Shown here one piece after another: positions 51,580 through 62,539 of a DNA stretch of 64,000 nucleotides. Numbering within the stretch: the first letter of the stretch is position 1; each line of letters starts with the position of its first letter. The stretch covers positions 104,700-168,699 of the forward strand of contig CAWDZE010000008.1 in the NCBI GenBank assembly GCA_963806705.1. Direction: 5' to 3'. Origin of the DNA: Vicinamibacteria bacterium (GTDB lineage: Bacteria; Acidobacteriota; Vicinamibacteria; Vicinamibacterales; JAENWD01). The translations under genes and the position numbers were made by a program. The notes under the pieces were generated by a model. That model worked only from the letters and a program-made list of their open reading frames with translations, was not told where the DNA came from and did not search any database.

Positions 51580-51655
51580 TGGCGTCCCCGACGGGATTCG
51601 AACCCGTGTTTTAGCCTTGAAAGGGCCACGTCCTGGGCCTCTGGACGACGGGGAC
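51580..51655 (-). tRNA. tRNA-Glu (anticodon TTC)
   Basis: 76-nt cloverleaf GTCCCCG...TGGCC-CTTTCAA-GGCTA...GGTTCGAATCCC...CGGGGAC-GCCA. Confidence 0.96.
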
Positions 51656-51770
51656 GGCTGGGTGGGTGGTCGCCCTCGTGGGCAACCTTTCAATTCTAAC
51701 CCAGCCTACCTATATCGACAAACTCGCAGACTGTCGGCGCATCGGCCCATCCCAACGTTATCCTTGCGGC

Positions 51771-52172
51771 GTGGAACTGTCTCGTCGCGCGTTTTTCACG
51801 GTGGCCGGAATGATCGCCTTCACAAGCGCGGCGCAGGCACGGTCTCGACCACATCACCAGGGTGCGTCTGCCATGTACGGACTGATTGGAAAAGTGAACG
51901 CAGTCTCGGGCCAGCGCGACGCGCTGGCGGCGGTGCTGCTCGAAGGTACCGGGGACATGCCCGGTTGCTTGAGCTACGTCGTCGCCACGGATCCCGTCGA
52001 CGCTGACGCCCTGTGGATCACCGAAGTGTGGGACAGCCAGGCGAGCCACCAGGCCTCGCTCGCCCTTCCCGGCGTCAAGGCCGCCATCGCCAAGGGACGC
52101 CCGCTGATTGCCGGCTTCAGCAATCGCGTGGAAACGACACCGCTTGGCGGCCACGGTCTGGCCAGGCGGTAG
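51771..52172 (+). CDS. Antibiotic biosynthesis monooxygenase (ABM/putative quinol monooxygenase), possible Tat signal
   Basis: SRRAFF leader; MYGLIGK..MPGCLSY..WITEVWDSQASHQASL. Confidence 0.85.
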   Translation: MELSRRAFFTVAGMIAFTSAAQARSRPHHQGASAMYGLIGKVNAVSGQRDALAAVLLEGTGDMPGCLSYVVATDPVDADALWITEVWDSQASHQASLALPGVKAAIAKGRPLIAGFSNRVETTPLGGHGLARR

Positions 52173-52183
52173 GACGAAAATCG

Positions 52184-53269
52184 CTACTGCTGTCGCAGCG
52201 GGGGCATGGGAATCGGCACCGCGTAGGCCGTCGCGCCAGCGCCGACGCCGCCCTGGCACGTGTTGGGTGGCGTCGTGCACACCGAGCGCGAGCCCTGGCA
52301 CTCCGCGGCCCAGAACATGTAGCCCAGCATGCCGCTGGTCGTCCCCGGACTTTGCGGATGGGGCGCGACGGTCCGCACGAACGTCCCGGTCGAGTTCTGC
52401 AGCGACTGGCTGAAATTCGTGCACTCCGCAATCGGCTTGCTGCCGACGAGCCACAAGCTGCCGGTGAACTTCGCCGGCGCCAGCGGAAGAATCGGCGGGC
52501 TGTACTGCGGCTTGCCGTCGACGTGCTCCTGCCAGTTGCCCTGGGCGTCCGACGCGCTGCGCGGCTGCCGCGCGGGCACCATTGCGTTGGCGTAGTCCAG
52601 CACCGGAATCCGCGGGTCGAGCCAGTCGCGCGTGGCCTTTTCGGTGATCCCGATCAGCCAGCGGTCGCCGGCAGCCAGGTCGATCGTCAGCCGTGCCGCG
52701 GGGTTGGCGCCCGTTGCGTCGTACGGATGCCGCGAGCGGTACGCGCCGATGAACGCCTCGAGCCCGGCCAGGTCCGGACTGCGGTTCTCCTCGTAGTCGA
52801 TCTCGATGCCGACACCAAGCTGCTCCGCCGCTTCGGCCGCGTTCAGACCGAGCTGCACGGGATCGGCTGCAAGCGCCTGGTTCCACGCGGTCACGTACGT
52901 GATGCCGCCGATTGACAGCATCACGCGCACGCCACGGCTGGTGAAGTAGCTGACGACCTGCGAGTTCATGCCGCGCGGGATGCCGTCCAAGGTCTGCGCG
53001 TCGGTGGTCTTCTGCAGCAGGCGCAGGGGGTGCACGAAGCTCAGGATGACGAGGTTGACCGAAGGGCGGCCGTCACCGCGATCGATGAGCCAGCGGTTCT
53101 TCGAGTCGAACTCGGTCGGCGTGCGGGGCACGCTCCACGTGCAGGCGTCGTTGCCGCAGTGCCAGGCGCCGTAGACCTGCAGGGAGCCGGCTTGCGTGTG
53201 GACGGGCGCGACAGCGAGCCACCAGGCGGCGGCCGTCAACAATATCAGGCGGGATGCGAGCTTCAACAT
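52184..53269 (-). CDS. Secreted GH18/chitinase-like TIM-barrel protein
   Basis: Signal peptide; VMLSIGG, GIEIDYEE, LGYMFW. Confidence 0.65.
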   Translation of the reverse strand: MLKLASRLILLTAAAWWLAVAPVHTQAGSLQVYGAWHCGNDACTWSVPRTPTEFDSKNRWLIDRGDGRPSVNLVILSFVHPLRLLQKTTDAQTLDGIPRGMNSQVVSYFTSRGVRVMLSIGGITYVTAWNQALAADPVQLGLNAAEAAEQLGVGIEIDYEENRSPDLAGLEAFIGAYRSRHPYDATGANPAARLTIDLAAGDRWLIGITEKATRDWLDPRIPVLDYANAMVPARQPRSASDAQGNWQEHVDGKPQYSPPILPLAPAKFTGSLWLVGSKPIAECTNFSQSLQNSTGTFVRTVAPHPQSPGTTSGMLGYMFWAAECQGSRSVCTTPPNTCQGGVGAGATAYAVPIPMPPLRQQ

Positions 53270-53337
53270 GAACGACTCCGTGACAGACCCCGGATTGTAG
53301 CCGCACGGCTGCCGCGATCACAGAACCGTCGCATGGA

Positions 53338-53946
53338 ATGGACGCACCGGCTGGTCGTCGTGCAAGGTTCCACGCAATCGAGCCCCTGGCATCGGTGCAG
53401 TTCTTGCACTTGTCGCGGCCAAGCTTTGCCCGGAGGCGGCCGATTGTGTGGGACCAACGAATTCCAGGCCGGTCGATTCGCCTCGCCGCGCTGGCGACGC
53501 TGCTGGCCGCCCTCGTCTTAAACCAGTCCGCTGCGGTTGCGGCAGACCGCGCCGAGACGCTGCTCTTCGCCAGCGAGCTGGAGTATTGCGTCGCCGAGAC
53601 CAATCAGTACCGCACCAGCATCGGCCGTCCGGCCCTCATTCGATCGGTCGAACTCGAAGCCTACGCAGCTGCAGCAGCGCCGTACGACACCAAGGCCCGG
53701 GCGGCCCATCACTACTTCCGAAAGACTCGCGGCGGAGGCGTGGCGTTTGCCGAGAACCAGATCCCCGGATGGCCCCTGCCGCGCTTCGGCAGCGTCCGCG
53801 AGATCATTCGCAGCGGCCTGGCGATGATGTGGGCGGAGGGGCGAGGCGGCGGGCATTACGACAACCTCGCCGGGCGCTACACGCAGGTCGGCTGTGGCGT
53901 GTTCGTGCAGACAGACCTGGTGACGGTGGTCCAGGCGTTCCGCTGA
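53338..53946 (+). CDS. CAP (SCP) domain protein (start uncertain)
   Basis: TNQYR, AENQ, MWAEG..GHYDNL..YTQVGCG. Confidence 0.8.
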   Translation: MDAPAGRRARFHAIEPLASVQFLHLSRPSFARRRPIVWDQRIPGRSIRLAALATLLAALVLNQSAAVAADRAETLLFASELEYCVAETNQYRTSIGRPALIRSVELEAYAAAAAPYDTKARAAHHYFRKTRGGGVAFAENQIPGWPLPRFGSVREIIRSGLAMMWAEGRGGGHYDNLAGRYTQVGCGVFVQTDLVTVVQAFR

Positions 53947-54139
53947 CTCGGCCTCGCGGGTCGCCGAACGGTCATCGCAGCGCGCGTCCTGCGCGTCGGT
54001 TCGAGCGCACGCAAAAGTGTGCGTCCGATCTCAGGCGCTTCGCGGTATTACTTCCATGACAGGGGACCGCCCGCAGACGCCTGGTGCGTCGCTGATGCGG
54101 CTGCACCCGTGCAACGTCAGCTGATTTCGGGAGGGCACC

Positions 54140-55660
54140 ATGGCTCGTTATGTGATGGCGAACCGCCGCGCCGGCAAGTTCCTCGAGGTCGAAAAGCGGG
54201 CATCGCGCGCCGCCGTGGCCGCCGGGTTCAACCAGCTGTCCGCCAGCGTCGACGTCATCGCCGATCGCAACCCGGCAGATGAGCTGGCGCGACGCGTCGA
54301 TCGTGTTCGAGGCCGAGCCTGAGGAGATTGCCGCCAAGGCGGCGGCGCTTCCCACCGACTGCATTGTCGAAGCCGAGATCCTCCACTTCCCGCTGGGCCA
54401 GACGCTCGAGCGTCGCCCGGGCGCGCGGATCGTCGGGCTGCGCTCGTCGACGGTGCTCGATCTGTCTGCCATCGACGCGCCGCTGACGGCGTTCACGGCG
54501 ATGGTCAGCGGCAGCGGGGCGCCGCTCGTTCGGCGCCGAAGCGATCCTCTTTCTGCGCGACCAGTTCAACCAGCAGAGCAACATTACCCAGATCGCCGAG
54601 CGTAGCGGCACGGTGTCGTTTGCGGTGCCCGCGGGCCATCAGGCGTTGGCACTGGTGATCCTGCCGGCCGGCGGGCACTGGAGCATGGTGGTCCGCAACC
54701 CGACGAGCGGCGCGGCGCACGAATGCCCCCCCTTTGCCGACGTCGGCGCGCTCGACTGGTGGCACAACCAGCTCGGCGTCACCCAGTTCGATCCTTCGCT
54801 CGGGACGGGCATCAAGGTCGGCGTCATCGACACCGGTGTCGGGACCCAACGGCTGTCTCGCACATGTGATCGACGTCGGCGCCTTCATCGACGGCACCTT
54901 CGATGCCAGCGGCGGCGCGGACGTGGACTCGCACGGGTCGCACGTCTGCGGCACGATCGGAGCGCGGCCGATCGGCCCCAGCCACCGCGCGGGCATCGCC
55001 GCGGGCGTGTCGCTGTTCTGCGCGAGAGTCTTCCCACCAGACGAAGGGGCCAGCCAGGGCGACATCGCCAACGCGATCGACGAGCTGTCGCGTGAGCGGG
55101 GCGTCGACCTCATCAACATGAGCCTGGGCGCGGTGTCGGGCTCGCAGATCGAGCTCGACGCGATTCAGGACGCACTGCAGCGCGGGACCCTGTGCGTCTG
55201 TGCGGCCGGCAACGACGGCGGCGCTGTCGCGTTCCCGGCCGCGTTTCCCGAAGTCGTGGCGGTCTCGGCGGTCGGGCTGAAGGGCGCGGCGCCAACCGGC
55301 TCGCTCTCGGCGACGCGTCTGCCAACGGACCCGGACAAACACGGCGCCGGCGATCTGTTCCTCGCCGAGTTCAGCAACTTCGGCAACCAGGTGGACTGTG
55401 CGGCGCCAGGCGTCGGGATCATCTCGACCGTGCCCGAGCGATTCGATCAGGTCCAGCCGTACGCGGTGATGGACGGGACGTCGATGGCCAGCCCGGCGGC
55501 GTGTGGCGCGCTGGCGGCATTGCTGGCGTCCTCGCCGGGCTACCACGCGCTCACCGGGTCGGCACGGGCCGAAGCGGCACGGACCATGCTCCGCAACAAC
55601 GCGCAGAGCATTGGCCTCTCCACCGTGTTCCAGGGCGCCGGCATGCCGCAAGTCCCGTAG
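54140..55660 (+). CDS. S8 subtilisin-like serine peptidase; several frameshifts
   Basis: VGVIDTG, HGSHVCGTI, AAGND, GTSMASP spread over ORFs 54140/54279/54613/54734. Confidence 0.85.
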
Positions 55661-55675
55661 CGTGTCAATGCGCAT

Positions 55676-55969
55676 ATGATCCTCGTCCCGCCGCATTGGT
55701 CGGGCCGGCGGGACGGAAGGACGGTCGAGATGGCGTCCGACGACGAGTTCGTGGTGGCGGTGAAGCGTGATCAGCGCTCGGAGGTGCCGCGCGACTGGGT
55801 GGAGACCGTGCGCGCCATCTCCGGCCTCACGATTCGCGGCGAGGCCAGCCCGATCCGCATCCAGGTGAAGGCAACGCCGGAGGCCATCGACGAGGTCCGT
55901 CGGCGGCTCGGAGAGTTTGTGACCGTCGAGAAGGTGATGCCGCGAGCACGGTACGAGGGGGATGGCTAA
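55676..55969 (+). CDS. Small protein resembling a subtilisin prodomain (I9-like)
   Basis: IQVKATPEAIDEVRRRLGEFVTVE parallels IVFEAEPEEIAAKAAALPTDCIVE in the upstream protease N-terminus. Confidence 0.55.
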   Translation: MILVPPHWSGRRDGRTVEMASDDEFVVAVKRDQRSEVPRDWVETVRAISGLTIRGEASPIRIQVKATPEAIDEVRRRLGEFVTVEKVMPRARYEGDG

Positions 55970-57256
55970 CGCGCCTGCCTGATCACCGTCCCCGCCTTCA
56001 TCACGAACGCCACCTTCCTCAGCGCCTGGATGTTCTGCAGCGGGTTCTCCGGCGTCGCGATGATGTCGGCGGCCAGGCCCTTCGCGATGGCGCCTCGCTC
56101 GTCTTTCATCCGGAACAGCGCGGCCGCGTCGGTGGTCATCGCTTTCAGGATCGCGGGAGCGGGCACGCCGGCGGCCTCCCACACGGCCAGGTAGTCGAGC
56201 ATCATGTCCGCGCGCGTCTTGCCCGGCATGTCCATCACCACGTCGGTGCCAAACGCCATCGGGACGCCAATGCGATACGCGCGACGCAGGCGATCGATGA
56301 TGGCGTCGCCTGCCGACTTGGAATCGCGGCCCGCGCCGACGCTGGTGTTCATCGCCTGCAGGTGCTCGGTGGGGAAGTCGGTGCCCACCAGCACCGTGCC
56401 CTTCTCCTTCATCAGCGTCAGCACGGCGTCGGAGAGCTGGAAGCCGTGCTCGATCGACTCGGCGCCGCCGAGGATGGCGTTGCGCGCGGACTCGTCGCGA
56501 CTAGGCATGCACGGCCACGGTCATCCCCGCGGCGTGGGCCTCGGCCACCGCCGCCTTGATCTCGTCCACCGAATAGAAATAGGCGTGGCTGTCGGAGACG
56601 AGCTTGATCGTCGTGGCGCCGTAGTAGATGTTCTGCCGGACCGCCTTGCGGATTTCGTCGGGCGTGTCGGCGTCGATGTACTCGACCTGCCAGTAGGTGC
56701 CCTGCTCGGGCGGGACGTTGCGCGACTGGCCGCCATACGGCGCGATGATCTTGCCGGCATTCAGGAACGTCGGCCCGATGAACCACCCGCGCTCGACGGC
56801 CCGGCGCACGTCCACGCCGGCGTAGTCGGCGTCGTTGCCGATGTCCTTCACCATGGTGAAGCCGGCACGCAGCACGTCCTGCGCGTTGCGGGCGCCCAGC
56901 AGCGCCCGCAGCGCCTTGCTCTGCCGGATGTACGACCCGATGTAGTCCAGCGTGCCCAGCGTCAGGTGGGTGTGCGCGTCCATCAGGCCGGGCATCACCC
57001 ACTGGCCGGACAGGTCGATCACGGCGGCGCCCGCAGGGATGGCGACCTGCGGGCCCACGTCCAGGATCTTGCCGCCGTCGACGAGGACGATCTGGTTCGT
57101 CGCGCGACCGATGCCGGTGGCCGGGTCGATGAGGTGCCCGGCGCGAATGGCGGTGACCTGCGCAAAGGCGCTCGTCGCGACGGGAAGCAGCGAGAGCGAG
57201 CAACGACGCCAGAGTGCCCGAACTGAAGTTCGGGCCTGCGTACGGACGAGCCTCAT
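55966..57256 (-). CDS. Amidohydrolase family (Xaa-Pro dipeptidase-like); frameshift near 56500
   Basis: [34 protein letters not shown]. Confidence 0.88.
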
Positions 57257-58139
57257 GCCTTCAGGTGCTTCGCGAAAAACGCCATCGTCCGCTCCCACGC
57301 CAGCTTCGCCGACTTCTCGTCGTAGCGCGGCGTCGTGTCGTTGTTGAACCCGTGCTGCGCGCCCTCGTAGATGTGGGCTTCGTAGCGCACCTTGGCCTCC
57401 TTCAGCGCGGCCTCGTACGCCGGCCACGAGGCGTTGACGCGCTCGTCGGCGCCGCCAAACTGCAGCAGCAGCGCGGCCTTGATCTTCGGCACGTCCGCCA
57501 GCGGCGCCGGCCCGCCGTAGAAGGGCACGCTGGCCAGCAGCTCCGGCACCCGCGTCGCCAGCAGGTTGACGATGCGCGCCGCCGTAGCAGAAGCCGACGG
57601 CGCCAAGCTTGCCGGTGGAGTCGGGACGGGTGCGGAGGTAGTTGGCCGCGGCGACGAAGTCCTCGCGCGTCTTGGTCTGGTCCAGCGTCGGGAACAGCTC
57701 GCGCGCCTTGTCCTCGGTGCCCGGATACCCGCCAAGCGGGAACAGCGCGTCGGGCGCAAAGGTCATGTAGTCGTCGAGCGCGATGCGGCGCGCGATGTCC
57801 TCGATGTGCGGGTTCAGCCCGCGGTTCTCGTGCACGACCAGCACCGACGGCAGCTTGCCCGTCGCCTTGGCCGGCCGCACGAGATACCCGCGCATCTTCT
57901 GGTAGCCCTGCGGCGACTGGGTACTCGACGTACGACGCCGTCAGCCGCGCGTCGTCTTTGGGCACCTGCTGCGCTTCGGCGAACTTCGGGTTCAGCGCGT
58001 CGAGCACCATCGCGGCGGTCATGCCGCCCACGGCGTACTTGCGGGCCTTGTCCAGGAAGCCACGGCGGTCGAGCGCGCCGTGGACGTAGGCGTCAAACAG
58101 GATCAGCAGTTCGGGATCGAAATCAGCCGCGGTCTTCAT
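57253..58139 (-). CDS. Dienelactone hydrolase family (YghX-like); frameshifts
   Basis: [44 protein letters not shown]. Confidence 0.88.
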
Positions 58140-58228
58140 CGTCGACCCTCCGGCTGGTGAGCATACTGCAGGCGTGAAGGCTCCTAGCCTGCGCTACACG
58201 CGATAAGACGCCATAGAATCAACGCGGC

Positions 58229-59620
58229 ATGCAGGTGGGCGATGGCGGGGCTCCCCGCGACGGATACGATTGCTTTGTCGTGGGCTCCGGTCCGGCGGGT
58301 GTGAGCCTGGCGCTCGCGCTGGCCGACGCCAGGAAGCGGGTGCTCATCTTCGAGTCGGGCGACGAGCAGACCGTCCGCAGCGAACTGGCCAACACCATCG
58401 GCTACGGCCACTACTCCGGCGCCTACTGGAACGCTCACTGGATCCGGACGCCAGGCGGCACGTCCAACGTCTGGGCCGGGTGGTCGCCGACGCCGCGGCC
58501 GATCGATCTGGACAACCCGGCCGTCGGCGTCCGCTGGCCCATCGCCCGGTCCGAGCTGCTCACGTACTGGAAGCGCGCCGCGCCCATCCTGAACCACGAT
58601 CCCGCGTACGTCGACTTCGAAGCGCCCCTGACGCCCGGGTTTCTCTACAGGCCCGTGCCGACGCCTCCGCCGAAGAACTTCGGCAGCTATATCGCCACGT
58701 TGAAGGCGTCGCCCTACGTGGACATCGCGCTGGGCTACTCGCTGGTGGGCCTCGACGCCGATCGCTCGCGTTCCACGGTCACGCGGCTGGAGTACCTGGA
58801 CCATCGGCTCAACACCCGAGGCCAGTTCGTCACCAGCCCCTCGCAGGCGGTGGTCCTTGCGGCCGGCGGCATGGGCAACGCGCAACTGCTGATGCTGCCG
58901 AGGGCCGACGGCAGCGTGCCGGTGGGCAACGAGGGCGGGCAGGTCGGCAAGTACCTGATGGAGCACCCGGAGTTCCAGGTGGGGGGCGAGATCGCCATCG
59001 ACCTCGAGCTCGATCGCTACTGGCCGGCCGCCAACAAGGGCCGCGGCGTGCACGCCATCGTCGCCGACGACGAGACGGCGCGCGAGCACGGGTTGTATGG
59101 GTGCAGCCTGCAGTGCACGCGGAAGACGACCGACCATCCGATGGCGCGGTTTCTGGCGAGCGAGGCCGGGCGTCCGTTCTACTACTACAGCATCACGCCG
59201 CGCGCCGAGATGCTGCCGTCACCGGGCAACCGTGTCTTTCTCACCGGCGAGCGCGACGCGTCGGGCTTCTACCGGCTGGCCGCGCGATGCGTGCTGGACG
59301 CGCGCGACTTCCTGAACGTCGAGCTGACGCTGCGGACGCTCGGCGACGCGCTCATCCGCCTGGGGAAGGGACGGGTGCGCGTCAACAACGACCGCATCTA
59401 CAAGCAGGTGTGGGGAGGCGGCCATACGATGGGCACGACGAGAATGGGGCAGAGCGCCTCGACGTCGGTCGTGGACGCCGACTGCCGCGTGCACGGGTAC
59501 GACAACCTGTTTGTCGCCGGGTCGTCCGTCTTCCCGAGCGGCGGCGGCTCCGCCAACCCGACATTGACCATCGTCGCGCTGGCGCTGCGCCTGGCCGACA
59601 AGCTCGTGGCGAGGAGGTAG
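58229..59620 (+). CDS. GMC family FAD oxidoreductase
   Basis: VGSGPAG, GGTSNVW, LAAGGMGN, HTMGTTRMG, SANPTLTIVALA. Confidence 0.92.
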   Translation: MQVGDGGAPRDGYDCFVVGSGPAGVSLALALADARKRVLIFESGDEQTVRSELANTIGYGHYSGAYWNAHWIRTPGGTSNVWAGWSPTPRPIDLDNPAVGVRWPIARSELLTYWKRAAPILNHDPAYVDFEAPLTPGFLYRPVPTPPPKNFGSYIATLKASPYVDIALGYSLVGLDADRSRSTVTRLEYLDHRLNTRGQFVTSPSQAVVLAAGGMGNAQLLMLPRADGSVPVGNEGGQVGKYLMEHPEFQVGGEIAIDLELDRYWPAANKGRGVHAIVADDETAREHGLYGCSLQCTRKTTDHPMARFLASEAGRPFYYYSITPRAEMLPSPGNRVFLTGERDASGFYRLAARCVLDARDFLNVELTLRTLGDALIRLGKGRVRVNNDRIYKQVWGGGHTMGTTRMGQSASTSVVDADCRVHGYDNLFVAGSSVFPSGGGSANPTLTIVALALRLADKLVARR

Positions 59621-59624
59621 GAAC

Positions 59625-59856
59625 ATGGCCCCGGCAAGACTGTCGCGCAGAGCGTGGTTCGCGGTGGCGGGCGGCATCGCTGTTCGCCGCAGGGTCGGCA
59701 GCTGTCGTGTGGAAGTCGAGCGGACCAGGCGCGGCTCGTCGTTCGGCGGCGGCAGGTGCGCCGGCCACCTACGTCGATCACGAGGGCTGGATGCTGACGC
59801 CCGCCGACAAGCAGCGGCTGGCGCAGACCAGCCCGCCCGCGGTGCAGAGCCCGTAA
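59625..59856 (+). CDS. Small twin-arginine-leader protein; frameshift near 59680
   Basis: MAPARLSRRAWF..., then ...YVDHEGWMLTPADK. Confidence 0.5.
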
Positions 59857-59857
59857 C

Positions 59858-62524
59858 GTGGAGCGTCGCGACCTCCTCTGGGCCGCTGCGGCCGGCTGCG
59901 CCTCGCTGGCCGTCTACGTGCGAACGCTGGCGCCCGGCGTCGTCGCCGAGCTGGACACGCCGATGTTCCAGTTCATCGGCCGCGTGCTCGGCGTCGCGCA
60001 CAACCCCGGCTACCCGCTCTACGTCCTGCTCACGTATCCGATTGCGATCCTGCCCATCGGGTCGCTGCCGTACCGGATCAACCTGTTCTCGGCGGTGTGT
60101 GGCGCGCTTGCCGTCGGACTCGTGTTCCTGGTTGCACGCCGGCTGGGATGCGGAAGGCCGGCGAGCCTCGCAGCGTCGCTCGGGCTGGCGTTCGGCCAGG
60201 TGTTCTGGTCGCAGGCGGTGATTGCGGAGGTCTACACGCATGCATGCCGCGCTCGTCGCGGGCGTGTTGCTGGGCATGCTCAGTGGGGACGCTCGCGCCG
60301 CGCCTCCTGCGTATTACATTGGCGTCGTGGCGCTTGCAGCCGGATTTGCGCACCACACGACGATCGTCGCGTTCCTGCCCGCGATGGTCGTCGTACGTGT
60401 GGCTGACGGACGCGGCGTTCCTCCTGCGCCTGCGGACGCTGCTCACGACCGGCGCGATCCTTGCCGCGGGATTGCTGCCGTACCTGTTCATCGTCATCCG
60501 CTCGAACCAGCCAGGCGCGTATCTGGAATCGAAGGCCACGTCGATCGCCCAATTGCCAGACGTGATCTTCGCCAGGCAATTCAGGGACCGCGTGTTCGCG
60601 TTCGACTGGCTGACCGTCGTGACCGACCGGCTTCCTGCACTCGTCATGGGCGTGCTGGCCTCCGAGTTGACACTTCCCGGGCTGGCGCTGGCCATCGCCG
60701 GCGCCGCGGTTCTTGCTTCGACGACGGCTCGCGGACGCGCTGCTGCTGTTGGTTGGCGCTGCGGCCGTCTTTGGTCGTTCGCGCTCAACTACTCGGTCGT
60801 GGACACGCCGGTCTTTCTCATTCCGGTCCTGCTCGTGCTCTGGCTGCTCGCGGCCGTTGGAGCCGAGCGACTCGCCGGCCTTGCCCGAGAGCGCGTCGCG
60901 GCGAGTCACGCCATCGTGCTCGCACTCGCTGCTGCTGCCGGCCTGGCTGCTCGCGCACAACTTCGAGGTCAACGACCGCAGCCGCGACACGGGCGCGTCG
61001 GTGTATCCTCGACCGGCTGTTCGAGGCGCTGCCGGCGCGGACGGCGCTGGTGCACGAAGACTTCCTCGTCGATCGACTGGTGATGTACAAGCTCCTCGCC
61101 GACGATGCGGCCCGCGGCCGATCGATCGATCTGGTCGACCGCGACGCCGGCGGCCTTCGCCGACGGATCGACGACGGCACGGCGGTGTTTGCGTTCAGCA
61201 AGTCGGCCCGCAGGGTTCGGCTCGACGGCCTCGCCGTCGGCTTCGAGCCGCTGCCGCTCGCGAATCTCTCGCTCGCCGAGCTCGCGGCCTCCGTCGCCGA
61301 CGGGTCGGTCGTCGCGCTGGCCGCGCCCGCGAGCCTCGCCGCGCAGTTTGCGGCGAGCGCCGGCGCGTCGTTCACTGAAATCGGCGGTCCGAATGTGCTG
61401 ACGCGCGCGGCTCGAGCGAGCGTCGCGATCGTGGGAGTGCGCGGCGCGCGATCTGGCGCGCTCGTCCGCGCCGATGCCGTCGACACCGACCTCGACATCG
61501 CCCCCGGCGGCGCCATCGGCGAGACCGGCCGCAAGGCGCCGTCGGAGATCTCGATTCGCGCGGGCGCGACCGACGTGAGCATCCGGCAGGGGTCGCGCGA
61601 CCTCGTGCGCACCTCCGAGGGGGCCGTCCTGGCGGTCTGGGGACGGGACGGCCGGCTGACGCATGCGCTGGTCCTCGAGGCCGTCGACGGCTTCCGCGCG
61701 TCGCTTCCCGCCGGGCCGATGTCCGCTTGTCTCCGTGCGCCGGGCGTCCCAGCAGGATGTGCAGGCCGGCTGGACTGACCTCGCGCAATCGGTCGCCACC
61801 GGCGGCGTCGTGGCGCACGTGCCGGCGGGGCAGACGCTGGTGATGCAGGTCTCCGACGATGCGCCGCTTCAACCGCGTGTCGTCGATCAGTCGGCGGACG
61901 GGACCCAGGTCGAGATCACGCGGCGCGGCGGCACAGCCGCTCGATCTGTATCGACACACGTACTGGATCGAGGTGCGATGCGACCGGAGTCGGAGGCCGC
62001 CTCGGCGCTGCTCGTCGTTTGGCGGCGTGCCGCGGCGCGCACTCGGCCGCCTCGTCACGGAAGGGCCGGCGGTTTCGCTCGTCGCCGTGGACTATCGGGG
62101 CCTGCTGCGCACGCCCGACCGCGCCAGCGAGATGCTGCTGATGTCGCGCGACGAGCAGTCGCAGCTGGTTGGCGCGGGATGGTCGAGGTCGCCGCCGATG
62201 CGCGGCGGCGGCTTCCGCTGGATGACCGCGCCGAGGCGCGCGTGCTGCTGCCGGTCGCGCGCGCAGGCGCGCGGCGGATCCGCATCCAGGCCCTGCGCGA
62301 GGCCAACGGCCCGGCGTCGATCCGGCTGGCGCTCAACGGCGCGGCGCTGCCATGGCAGCCGCTGCAGCGCGGCTGGCAGGCGTACGAGTGGGATCTGCCC
62401 GAAGGGCTGGTGCCGCCAGGGCCCACTCGAGGCCGCCGTCATCGTCGACGCGCTTCCGGCGTCGGCGGACGACGAGGCGCCCAGGGCGGTGGCGATTGCC
62501 GATATTCGTCTGATCGCACGCTGA
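59858..62524 (+). CDS. DUF2723 (TMEM260-like GT-C) membrane glycosyltransferase; many frameshifts
   Basis: RTLAPG..D..FQ..GVAHNPGYPLY..RINLFSA..FWSQAVIAEVY; C-terminal GWS..FRW beta domain. Confidence 0.75.
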
Positions 62525-62539
62525 CGTTACAATCGCGCG

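Noticed and set aside
56501..57895. Dienelactone hydrolase-amidohydrolase fusion (464 aa)
   Set aside because: Artefact of a frameshift near 57575; the two genes have their own stop (57253) and start (57256).
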